A DNA stretch of 64,000 nt from Eledone cirrhosa (lineage: Eukaryota). The stretch spans positions 29,822,001 through 29,886,000 of the forward strand of contig OZ024757.1 in the NCBI GenBank assembly GCA_964016885.1. The letters are read 5' to 3'. Every line of letters starts with the position of its first letter. Positions within the stretch are counted from its first letter, which is position 1. The notes under the pieces were generated by a model. That model made no database searches. It had not been told where the DNA came from and was given only the letters and a program-made list of their open reading frames with translations. The position numbers and the translations under genes are program-made. Shown here piece by piece: positions 1 through 15,737 of this stretch.

Positions 1-435
1 AGCACAGACAGGCAGATCTGCCAAACTCTAAAAGCCTAAACGGGGAGTACCATGGAAAAAAAAGTGCCTCAAAACGTGGGGAAATGAGGCAAAATGGGGA
101 GATTTTACATAATGAAAGCTATACCCATTTTCACAAGAGAAAACATCTTTCACCAACCCCAAATTGAGTGGAAGATCTCCTCATCCGATGGGAAGACTTG
201 ATGGGTCTGGACAGGTGTACCTGTAACTTACTTCTCAGGGAGATTCAGTGTAGCCCAAGCCAGTCCGACTCATTTAATAAAGTGCTTTTCGCAAAAATAC
301 AATATGTCCTCCAGAATCAAACTCACTACCTTACGCTCGGCAGCTATACATCCTAACAACAAAGCCACGCGCCTTCACTGTATAAGGGATAAATACATAA
401 GGAACTCGCATTGTGTGTGGTGTGTGTGGTGTGAG

Positions 436-496
<61 letters not shown>

Positions 497-1083
497 CCAT
501 TTAAAAAAAAAAATTTATGTTAGAAATATTTCCTGCGGGGCATATTCAAACGGTCAAATCACGCTTCAGAAAATGGCATGTGTGTGTGTCATTTTTTCAA
601 TATATGAGGGATACGGAAGCTTTTCTCAATATTTATATAAATGGTTTTTTAAGATTTTACTTTAGATTTTAAAGGAATACTATACAAAAAAAGGAATAGA
701 TTAAATTGAAATTTTAGTTTAAAAAATGATTCGTCAAAAGAAGGCTTCTGGCAAAATGTTTCTCTATCTTAAAGAAATCTTTCTTCACACTATATCCACT
801 AAGATAAAGACGATAAAGAATTATTTCAATATCCTGTCTAATAACAATCTTTTTCCTCTCTACTATATATATATATATATATATAGTGTAGATGATTCAC
901 TGAATTATTGGTGATGGTACCAAAGCAAGCACTCTATGCACAGTCAGAAGAGCAGATAGATAATGGAGTCGGGTCTGTAACTCCTATGGTTGACCCTGAG
1001 CCAATCCTCTGCGGAACAGGTCGATACAGAATGAAAATCTAATACATATAAAAATATAATAATAACAATACTGTTATTAGTAT

Positions 1084-1157
<74 letters not shown>

Positions 1158-1344
1158 TTAGCAATTTGAAAGGCCAATGGAAACATTGTTTCCTCGGTCC
1201 GATTTGATTGGCTCCACCCCTACTCGTTAAGCAAATGAGGTCTGAGATAGGCTTCCATTTCTAGGCTTTTTCTTTTTCCATTCAGGCCACTAGCTATTGT
1301 CTGACGTACGTATTTTCCCTTTCTCTCTCCACGTGTTGCAATTC

Positions 1345-1518
1345 AGAACTAGAATTTTTTCATACGGGAGAAATCATCAGGAAGCCGCTTCCTGATGATT
1401 TCTCCCGAATGAGACAGTTCTAGACCGGTAGAAGCCATTTCTATATTAAATGTTATACTCTGCTATGTATTGAGTACCTTACTTACTGTGGATACCCCCG
1501 ATTGAACCCGGGATAAAC
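1345..1518 (+). mobile_element. Fold-back hammerhead element, family A (PLE pLTR-like), tail ending at (TA)n
   Basis: Inverted arms GGGAGAAATCATCAGGAAGC / GCTTCCTGATGATTTCTCCC. Plus arm: GCTTC-CTGATGA(1392-1398)-stem II-GAGAC-...-GTA-GAAGC. A related copy lies at 53156-53306. Confidence 0.7.
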
Positions 1519-1540
1519 TTATATATATATATATATATAT

Positions 1541-1861
1541 GTCAACTCTGGATGTCGGTGAGCATGTCCAGCCAACCTCAGTCTCCTCTGTGTCACTTTT
1601 GAGCTGACTTTTGGGATGCTCCCATACAGCTCTGAGTTTTTCATCCTCAGTGTATACTGATTAATGTTCAGAGCCATCCTCAGCATCCTTTGGGAGCCCC
1701 TACATGGACACACTAGAAGAGGAAGACCAAGGTTAACGTATGTTGATGCCCTAAGGACAGACACTGGTCTGTTGGAGATGCAGGACATGGCAGCGATAAT
1801 GAGGGACAGAGACCGCTGGAGAGAACTCGTCCATGGATCTCGGGAATTTTACCCGCCTTAG
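1541..1861 (+). mobile_element. RTE-clade LINE 3' fragment with 5' inversion
   Basis: Minus strand 1541-1690 encodes RMLRMALNI...RRLRLAGHAHRHPEL. Plus strand 1685-1861 encodes ILWEPLHGHTRRGRPRLTYVDAL...MRDRDRWR, a typical RTE ORF C-terminus. Confidence 0.8.
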
Positions 1862-1890
1862 ATATAGATAGATAGATATATATATAAAGA

Positions 1891-1957
<67 letters not shown>

Positions 1958-2507
1958 CATTTCAATAAAATATAATAGTAACTAAAGTGTTTGCGTTAAC
2001 TATTTGCTGTAGTATGCTCTTTGCTTTTTTGTTCATTCACCATTTTAGCTTATTTTAGTATTCCTCTATTTGTGACTATTTACATTTAATTTTATTCCTA
2101 TTTATTAATTTAATATTTGAGTGTATTTAGGGTATTTTTATATTTCATACTACATCGTAATATTTACTGTAATTTTAATATTCAGTATTTTGTGATATTT
2201 ATATATTTTTATTGATTTATTTTTATCTTATTATTATTGTCTTGTTTTTATATTTGAAGGGTTTTTAAGTTTTTGGGCCGTTGTGGCCAATAAAGAAATA
2301 ATTATTATTATTATATTTTTTTGTACCCGTGAAATTTTTATTTTATATATTTTTCTTAATATATTTGTTATTGATATTCTGATTTTTTCTTTTATTTCAG
2401 TATGTTTATATATTTTCCTAAATTCTATGTTATAAATATTTTGAGGGCTTTTTTTGTATTTTGAGAATAGTTATATATTTTTATTTATTTATTTATTAAT
2501 ATATTTT

Positions 2508-2539
<32 letters not shown>

Positions 2540-2674
2540 TAATATTTTTTCATTGTTAAATTGGTTTTGTTATTGTGTCATTTCACTCAATTTTATTGTA
2601 AACGCCCACTGTCCCTGTCTTTGTATTGTCCCCTATGTCGGCCCTTGTGGCAAATAAATGAATCACTTATTATT

Positions 2675-2855
2675 ACGGCAGATTGGCAGTATCGCTTGAG
2701 CGTCAGAACCATGCTTCGCGGCATAGAGTTATGGCCCTTTACGTTATGAGTTCAAATCCCGCGGAGGTTAGCTTTGTCTTTCATCCTTACTGGGTCGATG
2801 AAATAATGTACCAGTAATGCACTGAGGTCGATTAAATCTACTTTGTCATCCCCAC
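2675..2855 (+). mobile_element. tRNA-derived SINE (octopus-type)
   Basis: A-box-like TGGCAGTATCG, B-box GAGTTCAAATCC, conserved body TTTCATCCTTACTGGGTCGATGAAATAATGTACCAG. Confidence 0.75.
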
Positions 2856-2984
2856 TATTGTATGTTTATTGTTATTTATAGTTTTTACACGCTTTAAACC
2901 CCCACTGTCCCTGACTATTGTATTGTCCCCTAAATGCAGGCCCTTGTGGCCAATAAAGAAATTATTATTATTGTTATTATTATT

Positions 2985-3628
2985 TTACGTTCCGAGTTCA
3001 AATCCCGTCGAGGTTAACTTTGCCTTTGATCTTTACGGGATCGATAAAATGAAGTACCAGTAATACACTGGGACAATTGCTAGCCTTGTGCCAAAAGTAG
3101 AAACAATTACTACTTTACGTTCTGAGTTCAAATCCTGTCACGGTTAACTTTGCCTTTCGTCCTCACGGGTGGTCGATAAAATAAAGTACCAGTAATACAC
3201 TGCTGGTATAATTGCTGGCCTTGTGCCAAAAGTAGAAACAACATTATTTTACATTCTGAGTCGAACACAATGCTTTGCAGCATAGTCTTCAAATCTCGTC
3301 GAGGTTAACCTTGCAGGGTCGATAAAACAAAGTACCAGTAATACACTGAAATAATTGTTGGCCTTGTGCCCAAAAGTAAAAACAATTATTATTTTACAGT
3401 CTGAGTTCAAATCCCGCCGAGGTTAACTTTGCCTTTCATCCATACGGGGTCGGTAAAACAAACTACAAGTAATACACTGAGATAATTGTTGGCCTTGTGC
3501 CCAAAAGTAAAAACAATTATTTATTTTACGGTCTGAGTTCAAGTCCCGCCGAGGTTAACTTTGTTTTTCATCCTTACGGGGTCGATAAAATAAAGTATCA
3601 GTAATACACTGGAATAATTGCTGGCCTT
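2985..3628 (+). repeat. Tandem array of about 5-6 headless SINE units (~120 bp)
   Basis: Repeated TTTTAC..TCTGAGTTCAAATCCCGCCGAGGTTAACTTTGCC...GTACCAGTAATACACTG...GGCCTTGTGCCAAAAGTAGAAACAATT. Confidence 0.85.
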
Positions 3629-4152
3629 TTTATATATATACTTCAGTATGTTTTCTTATTGGTATATGTTGATTTATGAAGAAAACATGACTGTGTATTA
3701 ATCAAATGCTATTTACGCAAACGAACATTTGATGTCTCAACTGATGGCACTGAGCAGTTTATACAACATTATATGTCAATGTTTTCACTATTTTCTACGA
3801 AAACTTTCATTTTCGCCTACTTCAATTTTCCTCTCTCAAATATCGATTCTGTTTTATTAATTTCCTATCAAGACTGACTGCTTTTCAGGTTACATTTGAT
3901 GTGCTGTTGTGTGTTGTATAGTATATTGATCGATTTTAGATCATATTCGATTCAAACATGTTAATTGTTTTTAATAAATTATGTCAACACAAACCGCTTT
4001 GTAACTAAACATTGCTGTTGTTGCTGTTGCTGCGTTTCGTATAAGTTTTACGATTGCAATTTTATTAAGTGTTTATATGCATATATGCATGCATGTATAT
4101 ATGTATGTATGCATTTATATATGTATGCATGAATGTATATATGTATGCATGA

Positions 4153-4196
<44 letters not shown>

Positions 4197-4279
4197 ATAT
4201 ATGTGCATGCATGTATATAGATAGGTATATGTGTGTGTATATGTATATATTTATATATATAGAGAGAGAGGTGATAAAC

Positions 4280-4310
<31 letters not shown>

Positions 4311-5087
4311 TATATACATATACACACATATATAAATACATATACATACATATATACATACATATACATACATATACACATATATATATATATTCATATA
4401 CACACACATATACATATTATATACATATATAAATACACATACCTATATATGTATATATAAATATCTAAATACATATACCTATATATGTATATACATATAT
4501 ATAAATTGATAGGTAGAAAAATATACATACATATATATATATATATATGCACATATACACTTATACCCATATATATATATGTAGGTACACCATACAGACA
4601 CACATGCACATAGATAGATAGATAGATGAATGCATGCTTGCCTTTTTTTAACGATGTCGCTGAAATTTAAATTTATTGCATGTTGTTATTGCTGTTATTG
4701 ATTTATGTAATTGTTGTTATTGCTACCACGACAACTACTACTACTACTATTATTACTACTACTACTACCACTACTATCAACATTTAATTTGGATGAAATT
4801 TTATTGAAAGGTTAACGCAAGGGATCAAATATATTTATTAAATTCTTACACTACAAACACACCTCCTTGAACACGGGCATACAGTGAAGCATATGAATAA
4901 ACACAACCAGCTGCAACAGGCATGTTTCCTTTAGCTTATCAGGTGGATGACGAGGTAATGGGCGTGTGTATGTATGCATGTATGTATAAATATAAGGGAT
5001 TGTGCGTGTGTATGTATGCATGTGTGTATAAATATAAGGTAATGGGGGGGGTGTATGCATGTATGTATAAATATACATATTAATATG

Positions 5088-5385
5088 TCAGGTTATCAGT
5101 TGGTGCTACTGGTAACATGTATCCCAGCACAACCTGTCTCATGGTCGGGTCGTTGGCGACTAAACTGGCAACCCCACCAAGGTTTCTTGGTGAGGAGGGT
5201 GACTTTGGACATCCTGCAGGACTAAAAACAAAACCTGTCAAAGGGCAAAGGAGCTCTTAAGAGTCAATGGCTATCGAAAATCACCGGGAGAGAAGACCCC
5301 TTAGCCTTTGTCAAGGCAGAATTCAAGGAGAAAGAAAACTCTGATATAACACCTGCAACCCTGATGGTATCCAATGCTGTTGACT
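5088..5385 (+). mobile_element. Possible RTE-like LINE 5'UTR remnant
   Basis: GC-richer island. AGCCTTTGTCAAGGCAG..AGGAGAAAGAAAACTCTGA resembles RTE 5'UTR motifs as I recall them; not verified. Confidence 0.3.
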
Positions 5386-5721
5386 TGTTCTTCTTTTTGG
5401 TAAATATCATCTTGGTTAAGAGAGTGGGGCTGGTTTTGAGCAGTGCCTTTGTTCACTATAAAAGCTTCACGGCACAGGCATTGCTTTATATCTGGAGATC
5501 TCTCTGCACTTGTCGTCACATGGTACCATGGGCCCAGCATTATGTGTCAATAATTGTCACAAGTGTAATTTTTCTACCAGAGTTTTCAAGTCGCTGGCTG
5601 GACTAAAAAGTCACACTCGTTCAGCGCATCGGTAGGGGTTCTCCTACATGGATATAAAGTAGTGCGGTACTCGAAAAGTTGGCAGCCACCATGTATAAAA
5701 ATATGTATGTGTGTGTCTGAG

Positions 5722-5814
<93 letters not shown>

Positions 5815-5856
5815 GTGTGCGTGTGTGTGTGTGTGTATAGATAGAGAAATAGATTC

Positions 5857-5917
<61 letters not shown>

Positions 5918-6104
5918 CAGCATATATTGCCAATGGAAAGAAACACATGCACCGCACAATTTTCACTTTATCTTCAACTTTATTCTTCGTTGTTCATTCT
6001 TTCATCACACATTCTGTGACCTCTTCAATGACTATCCGTTTTTTGCCTCCTCTTTTTCCTGGTCTTAAATTTCTACCTACAATCTTGCCGGTTTTTTGCT
6101 TTGT

Positions 6105-6141
<37 letters not shown>

Positions 6142-6144
<3 letters not shown>

Positions 6145-6444
6145 CTGACGATAGCTAATAAGCTTGAAACTAGTACAGCGTTCCTTTGTCAGTGTTGAAC
6201 AAACGAGCAACGATGGTTGCTGGACACTACGGCTTAATACGGGATGTTTGTTTACAAACACACCGAGCATTATAATAAATGTTCGGTGAATCCATACGTA
6301 CATATATATATGTGTGCATGTATGTATATATATATATACATACTACTGTACGTCTGTATACATATATGTATGTACGTGTACATACTTATATTTAAGTAAC
6401 AGCCGTACTAAGAGTGGGAAACGAAATTTCGTTTCATTTTTTCC

Positions 6445-6448
<4 letters not shown>
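6142..6448 (+). mobile_element. Dispersed, diverged copy of the 30.7-31.8 kb retrozyme-like family, beginning at its hammerhead
   Basis: CTGACGA(6145)-TAGCTAATAAGCTT-GAAA-CTAG-TA-CAGCGTTCC..GTCAGTGTTGAACAAA...GCCGTACTAAGAGTG matches the reverse complement of the 30.7 kb unit. Confidence 0.8.
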
Positions 6449-6501
<53 letters not shown>

Positions 6502-6724
6502 CACTGTAGTAAAGGTTTGGTAGAAATATCCACGGGTAAGAGCACTCAGTCCCTAGGACCAGTTTGGTATAAATAGGTACAAGTGTGACGTAAATAGGTA
6601 CTTAGGTATCGTTAGGTTCTGGATCCCAACTCATTCAGTCGGTCATAAGAAAAATCATGTTCACAGACTGAATGAGTTGGGCTCCAGAACCCAACAAAAC
6701 ATAAGTACATGTTTATGTCACTGT
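6502..6724 (-). mobile_element. Fold-back element with degenerate hammerhead (CTGAATGA core)
   Basis: Inverted arms ~6586-6640 and 6666-6721. Stem II GTTGGG/CCCAAC. Plus arm has paired stem III and a GTC site at 6717-6719. Tail carries GAGTGCT on the minus strand at 6541-6547. Confidence 0.55.
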
Positions 6725-6727
6725 ATT

Positions 6728-6786
<59 letters not shown>

Positions 6787-6953
6787 ATATATATAAATAT
6801 ATATATATATAAATATATATTTATATATATATATATATAAATATATATTTATATATATATATTTATATATATATATTTATATATATATATATATATATTT
6901 ATATATAAATATATATATATATTTAAATATATATTTATATATATATATATTTA

Positions 6954-7880
6954 TACTATGCTAAACCCATGGCCTCCAAATACCTGATACTCAAAAACTC
7001 AGCAATGTCCAGTAGTGCTAAGTTTAATATTCTGATCGAAGATTTGGTACGAGTGATGAAGAATGTGTCCAGCATGTGCGACCCAACAGAAATGGAAGGA
7101 CACATCCAACACTTCATCAACCGCATGCAGTTCTCTGGCTACAACCAAAGAGACAGAGTCAGAGTATACGAAGGAGCCATGGAAAAGTATAAGACCCTCA
7201 TAGAACTGGACATGAAAGGAATTTGCCCACTATACAGGAGCAAATCATGGAATAGCTTAGATAGGGCTAGACATAAGATAGGGAAGGCCACATCATGGTA
7301 CGACAACCAGAGATATCAGAGTGTCATGTTTGTGGACGCCACCCCTGGAGGGAAATTAGCTAACCAGTGTAGAAAGGCCCTGAGAAAGACCCACTTAAAA
7401 ATAAAGGTGGTAGAAAAGCCAGGAACCACCATAAAATCCCTGATCAGCAAAACCTACCCTTTTAAGAAAACCCACTGTACCAATAGGAAATGTATCATAT
7501 GTAAGGTGAACCCCCGGATAAACTGTAAAACTAGAAACGTAGTCTATAGCATAAGATGTACAGAGGGTACTTGCAGAAACACGACAACAACATACATAGG
7601 TGAGACAGCTCGTAGCATAGGTGAAAGGATAGACCAACACTGGGGGGAACTAAAAGGACGAAAAAACGGGTCAGTACTATACGAACATGCTAGACAACAT
7701 CATGACGGTAACATAGACAACATAGAAATTAGAATAATATCTAAACATAGGAATGACCCAGCAGATAGGCAAATCAGAGAGGCCAGTGAAATAGAAATTA
7801 GAAGACCAAAGCTAAACAGAAAGAATGGGTGGAACAACAACAACACCCAAACAAACAACACTGACCTAAGAGAAGTATAA
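6954..7880 (+). CDS. 5'-truncated Penelope-like element ORF: RT thumb, Cys-rich linker and GIY-YIG endonuclease
   Basis: [11 protein letters not shown] (thumb region), [10 protein letters not shown] linker, NVVYSIRC...[17 protein letters not shown]...LYEH...R..REASEI...PKLN (GIY-YIG). Open for 300+ codons and begins directly at a (TA)n tract. Confidence 0.92.
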   Translation, partial: YYAKPMASKYLILKNSAMSSSAKFNILIEDLVRVMKNVSSMCDPTEMEGHIQHFINRMQFSGYNQRDRVRVYEGAMEKYKTLIELDMKGICPLYRSKSWNSLDRARHKIGKATSWYDNQRYQSVMFVDATPGGKLANQCRKALRKTHLKIKVVEKPGTTIKSLISKTYPFKKTHCTNRKCIICKVNPRINCKTRNVVYSIRCTEGTCRNTTTTYIGETARSIGERIDQHWGELKGRKNGSVLYEHARQHHDGNIDNIEIRIISKHRNDPADRQIREASEIEIRRPKLNRKNGWNNNNTQTNNTDLREV

Positions 7881-8130
7881 ACAAATAAGTAAATTAAATT
7901 AAATAAAATAAGATAAATAAATACATACACAAGCACATAAACACACACTAGTCACCCAGCAGACACAACACTATACACACTAGTCACACATCACACACGC
8001 AAACGCATGCGCAAAGAAGACAAAATAAAATAAGATAAACAAACAAGCAAATAAATAAATAAATATATAGACGGACTGAACAAAAATGGCGTAGACATAC
8101 AACACAACAGGAGGAACAATGAATATAACA

Positions 8131-8170
8131 CCACTGACGATGTTGCAGATGTGCAACGAAAGATTTATGT
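8131..8170 (+). ncRNA. Minimal type I hammerhead in PLE pLTR (slightly degenerate)
   Basis: CTGACGA(8134-8140)-T-GTTGCA GATG TGCAAC-GAAA-GATT-TA; stem I is weak. Confidence 0.65.
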
Positions 8171-8610
8171 AAACTATATATATATGTGTTTGTCTATATT
8201 GTATCTGTATTATTTTATTTTTGACCGCCGGTCAGTCAATGGCAACATTGAGGACCGAGTAAGTTAGATCGCAGATATATATATATAAAAGACAGCGAGA
8301 AGCGAAAACCAACCAAACAGTGAGTGTGTTCTGTTATTAATTCTGGCAATATTACGCAAATATGACCCTCCCCAAATATAACAATAAATATATATTTATA
8401 TATATATAAATATATATATATATTTAAATATATATAAATATATATATATATTTAAATATATATAAATATATATTTAAATATATATATATATTTATATATA
8501 TTTATATATATATAAATATATATATATATTTAAATATATATAAATATATATATATATTTAAATATATATATATATTTATATATATTTATATATATATATT
8601 TATATATATA

Positions 8611-8674
<64 letters not shown>

Positions 8675-9032
8675 AATATATATATAATATATATATAAAT
8701 ATATATATATAAATATATATATATAAATATATATAAATATAAATATATATAAATATAAATATATATATAAATATATATATAAATATATATATATAAATAT
8801 ATATATATATAAATATATATAAATAAATATATATATATATAAATATATATAAATATAAATATATATAAATATAAATATATATATAAATATATATATAAAT
8901 ATATATATATAAATATATATATATAAATATATATATATAAATATATATAAATATATATATATAAATATATATATATAAATATATATATATAAATATATAT
9001 AAATATATATATATATAAATATATATATAAAT

Positions 9033-9063
<31 letters not shown>

Positions 9064-9134
9064 AATAAATATATATATATATAAATATATATATATATAA
9101 ATATATATATATATAAATATATATATATATAAAT

Positions 9135-9179
<45 letters not shown>

Positions 9180-9210
9180 TATATATATATAAATATATAT
9201 ATATATAAAT

Positions 9211-9243
<33 letters not shown>

Positions 9244-9388
9244 AATATATATATATAAATATATATATATGTATATACATAAATATAAAATTAACACACA
9301 GTGTGTTAAAATTATATATAAATATATATATATATATTTATATATAGATATATTTATATATATATATATAAATATATATATATATATT

Positions 9389-9511
<123 letters not shown>

Positions 9512-9528
9512 ATATTTATATATATATT

Positions 9529-9627
<99 letters not shown>

Positions 9628-9630
9628 ATT

Positions 9631-9663
<33 letters not shown>

Positions 9664-9674
9664 ATATATATATA

Positions 9675-9925
9675 TGTAAACTATATATATGTGTTTGTGT
9701 CTATATTGTATCTGTATTATTTTTGACCGTCGGTCAGTCAATGGCAACATTGAGGACCGAGTAAGTTAGATCGCAGATATAAAAGACAGCGAGAAGCGAA
9801 AACCAACCAAACAGTGAGTGTGTTCTGTTATTAATTCTGGCAATATTACGCAAATATGACCCTCCCCAAGTATAACAATATCTGTTTCGACACACGATTT
9901 CATATAAAAAACCTCGCTAAACTAA
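9675..9925 (+). mobile_element. Second copy of the PLE pLTR, extending into a putative ORF start ([15 protein letters not shown])
   Basis: Near-identical to 8168-8386; TATAAAAG at ~9778; ATG at 9856. Confidence 0.8.
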
Positions 9926-9937
9926 TATATATATATT

Positions 9938-9977
<40 letters not shown>

Positions 9978-10005
9978 TATATATATATATTTATATATAT
10001 ATATT

Positions 10006-10039
<34 letters not shown>

Positions 10040-10067
10040 TATATATATATATTTATATATATATATT

Positions 10068-10130
<63 letters not shown>

Positions 10131-10840
10131 ATATATATTTATATACTCTTCCCCCGTCATCCTTTATTTTCTTTCTTCCTCTTCCTTACCTCCCCCCCCC
10201 CCCTCCTTTTTTTCCCCAATCTCATCTGTGGTGTTTTTCCCCAATCCATCTGTGGTTTTTCTCACAGATGTGAGCCTCCATCTCAACTCTACTTTTGAAA
10301 ACCAGTAAAGGAACCAAATAAATATATGTATATTTTTTTAAATAAGACTCCAGTTGCATTTTCGATTTCATCTTTTTTTCTTTTTACTTTCACTCGTGTA
10401 GGACACCTCGGTTATTTTTCATTTTGTAAAAAAAACCTCACTTTCTAATATATATATATATATAGATATAGATATTCATATATATATATACATGTATATA
10501 TATATATATATTTATATATATACATGTATATATATATATTTATATATATATTTACATGTATGTGTGTGTGGACGCATGTGTGTCCATGTGTATGAGTGGA
10601 TGTGTGTACATATTTTGGATGACACCCTATACATGGCAACAATGTAGGTAGATTTAGCATTATTTACTCCCGAGCCTGGATCAGGCTTAGCACTAAAGGC
10701 TTAGCACTAAAGTCAATGAAACTCTCGTAAATATTTACTGCTATTGTTGCCTACGCCTCAAACTTTACTTCCAGTGATTTTTACAATTTGATCGCCTGAG
10801 ATAGTAAACTGGGATACACACCCACATATATACATATATA

Positions 10841-10987
10841 TATTCAAAATATTAACAAATGAAGATATTCACATAATCAAAATATATGCTTTATTATATA
10901 TATTTTGAAGGTACTGTGTTGTTTTTTCAGTACGTCCTCGTCAGATGAAATATAAGATTTGATATATGACATACCTCTACGGTCTTG
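10841..10987 (-). mobile_element. Hammerhead element, family B2 (degenerate)
   Basis: Minus strand: TTTCAT-CTGACGA-GGACGTACTG..CAGTACCTTC-AAAA-TATATA-TA-ATAAAG; homologous to 28669-28991. Confidence 0.65.
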
Positions 10988-11399
10988 ATATTTCAATTTA
11001 AGTATTGGCAGTGATTTATTTGATCAAATCTTAACATTTATATACCACAAATAATAATATGATAAACATAAATAAGAAAAGGACATGGAGCGCATTAGAG
11101 ATATAAGAGAGAGTGTAAAGAGGAGTAAAGCAAGAAAAAGAAAGAAAGATAGAAAGAAATAAAATGAGAAAAAATAAATAAATACATACATAAATATTTA
11201 AATGAATAAAAGTAAATAAAAGGAAGAAGAAGAAATAACGACAAAAGAGAGGAAACATAAAATATATTTTAGGATATATATCCTAACATATATTTTAGGT
11301 CCCCTCTGTTGAGTGCTTTTAATCTATTGTAAAACTGTATTCCTTGAGTAGTCAATTAACCTTATTAATCTTTGGTTATATATATATATATATATATAT

Positions 11400-11710
11400 C
11401 AAATAATATTAATAAATGGAAACTATCTTTATAAAACCATATTTATTTTATTATACATATTTCAAGGGTACCAAACATTTTGTACGCATCAAATAAAATA
11501 CAAAAGTTGTTTTATAGATAGTGACATATCCCAAAACAAGAACTGTTTTGGTACCCTTGAAATATATATATTAAATAAATATGGTTTTATAAAAATAGTT
11601 TCCATTTATTAATAATATTGATATTATACTCCAGAAGATATCTGTAGAGTACTTCGAATTTGTTATAAATAATAATGTTGAATAACCAACAAATTAAATA
11701 ACTCTTTGCT
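11400..11710 (+). mobile_element. Fold-back element, family B1, degenerate hammerheads
   Basis: Arms 11400-11474 and 11546-11620. Tail with GAGTACT (11647) and CCAACAAATTAAATA before (TA)n. Confidence 0.75.
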
Positions 11711-11941
11711 TATATATATATCATGGTAACGAGTTAGTGTTTTTGCCTTGGTTGTATAAAACCTTTAATGTCAAAACAGTTCTATCTCATTTTTTCCTAC
11801 TTTATTTTTATTGTTTTCTGTCGTTTTCGTTTTCTTTCTTTCAATCTCCACATTATTTTCATTGGAACTTGTATTCAGTTCTCGGTTAACATTTTAGTTT
11901 CTCTTTCTCTTTATTTCTCTCACTCACATTCACCCTTCCCC

Positions 11942-12010
<69 letters not shown>

Positions 12011-12241
12011 AATATTTATATATATAAATATATATATATATGTAAATATATATATATATATATAAATATAAATAAATATATAAATATATATATATATATA
12101 TAAATATAAATAAATATATATATATGTAAATATATATATATATAAATATAAATAAATATAAATATATATATATGTAACTATATATATATAAATAATGTAA
12201 ATAAATATAAATAAAATAAATATATATATATATATATATAA

Positions 12242-12272
<31 letters not shown>

Positions 12273-12284
12273 AATATATATATA

Positions 12285-12359
<75 letters not shown>

Positions 12360-12360
12360 C

Positions 12361-12391
<31 letters not shown>

Positions 12392-12420
12392 CATATATAT
12401 ATACATATATATATATATAC

Positions 12421-12451
<31 letters not shown>

Positions 12452-12452
12452 C

Positions 12453-12541
<89 letters not shown>

Positions 12542-12543
12542 AC

Positions 12544-12774
<231 letters not shown>

Positions 12775-12919
12775 ATACATATATATAAATATAAATATAT
12801 AAATATATATATAAATATATATATAAATATATATATATAATTAAATATATATATAATTAAATATATAATAAAAAATATATATATAAAAAATATATATATA
12901 TAAATATATATATATAAAT

Positions 12920-12950
<31 letters not shown>

Positions 12951-12952
<2 letters not shown>

Positions 12953-13420
12953 CAATATTAAATAAATGGAAAACTATATTTATAAAACCATATTTATTTC
13001 ATTATATATATTTCGGGGATATCATATTAACAATATGCTATGCCTTCATCAGACAAAATACAATATAAACAGTTTTATAGATAAATATATTCGACATACC
13101 GTAATAAACATCAACTTCATTTGAAGAGGTTTACGCACTGCTAGCGTAAACCTCTTCAAATGAAGTTGATGTTTATTACGGTATGTCGAATATATTTATC
13201 TATAAAACTGTTTATATTGTATTTTGTCTGATGAAGGCATAGCATATTGTTAATATGATATCCCCGAAATATATATAATGAAATAAATATGGTTTTATAA
13301 ATATAGTTTTTCCATTTATTTTAATATTGTAAATATACTCCAAATATTTGTCGAGTGCTTTTATATCAGTTATAAATATTTACTAGTTGTAACCCAACAA
13401 TTTTAAATATAACTTTACAT
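12951..13420 (+). mobile_element. Near-perfect ~380-bp palindrome with two head-to-head hammerheads plus tail, family B1
   Basis: Arms 12951-13136 and 13144-13331 around loop ACTGCTA; tail with GAGTGCT at 13353. Confidence 0.9.
13220..13285 (+). ncRNA. Minimal type I hammerhead (mirror copy on minus strand at ~12995-13060)
   Basis: TATTTTGT-CTGATGA(13228)-...-GAAA(13266)-TATATA-TA/ATGAAATA; palindromic stem III. Confidence 0.75.
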
Positions 13421-14920
<1,500 letters not shown>

Positions 14921-15444
14921 TGTAGATAAATCTACCAAAAGTTTACGGTATCGTAAAATAATGAACTTTTTTTGTTTAATATAAGGAACTGTTTCTTTGT
15001 TTATTCATTATTTTTTTAATAATTTATATATAAATATATATAAATATATATATATATAAATATATATATATAAATGTATATATATATAAATATATAAATA
15101 TATATATAAATATATAAACATATATATATAAATATATATATATAAATATATATATATAAATATATATATATAAATATATATATATATAAATATATATATA
15201 TAAATATATATATATAAAATATAAATATATATATAATATATAAATATATATATAAATATATATATAAATATATAAATATATATATAAATATATATATATA
15301 AATATAAATATAAATATATAAATATAAATATATATATAAATATATATATAAATATACATATAAATATATATATATATATAAATTAATGAATAAAAACAAA
15401 GAACAAGTTCCTTATATTAAAAAATTCATATATATATATATATT

Positions 15445-15518
<74 letters not shown>

Positions 15519-15616
15519 AATAAATATATATATATATAAATATATATATATAAATATTTATATATATAAATATATATATATATAAATATATATATATATA
15601 AATATATATATATATA

Positions 15617-15648
<32 letters not shown>

Positions 15649-15737
15649 AATATATATATATATTTATATATATATATATAAATATATATATATATTTATA
15701 TATATATATATTCATATATATATTTATATATATATAT

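Larger units (their letters stand above)
6954..8386 (+). mobile_element. Penelope-like retroelement (Neptune/Nematis-like linker) with 3' pLTR
   Basis: GIY-YIG ORF, 3'UTR and hammerhead motif; flanked on both sides by (TA)n. Confidence 0.85.
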
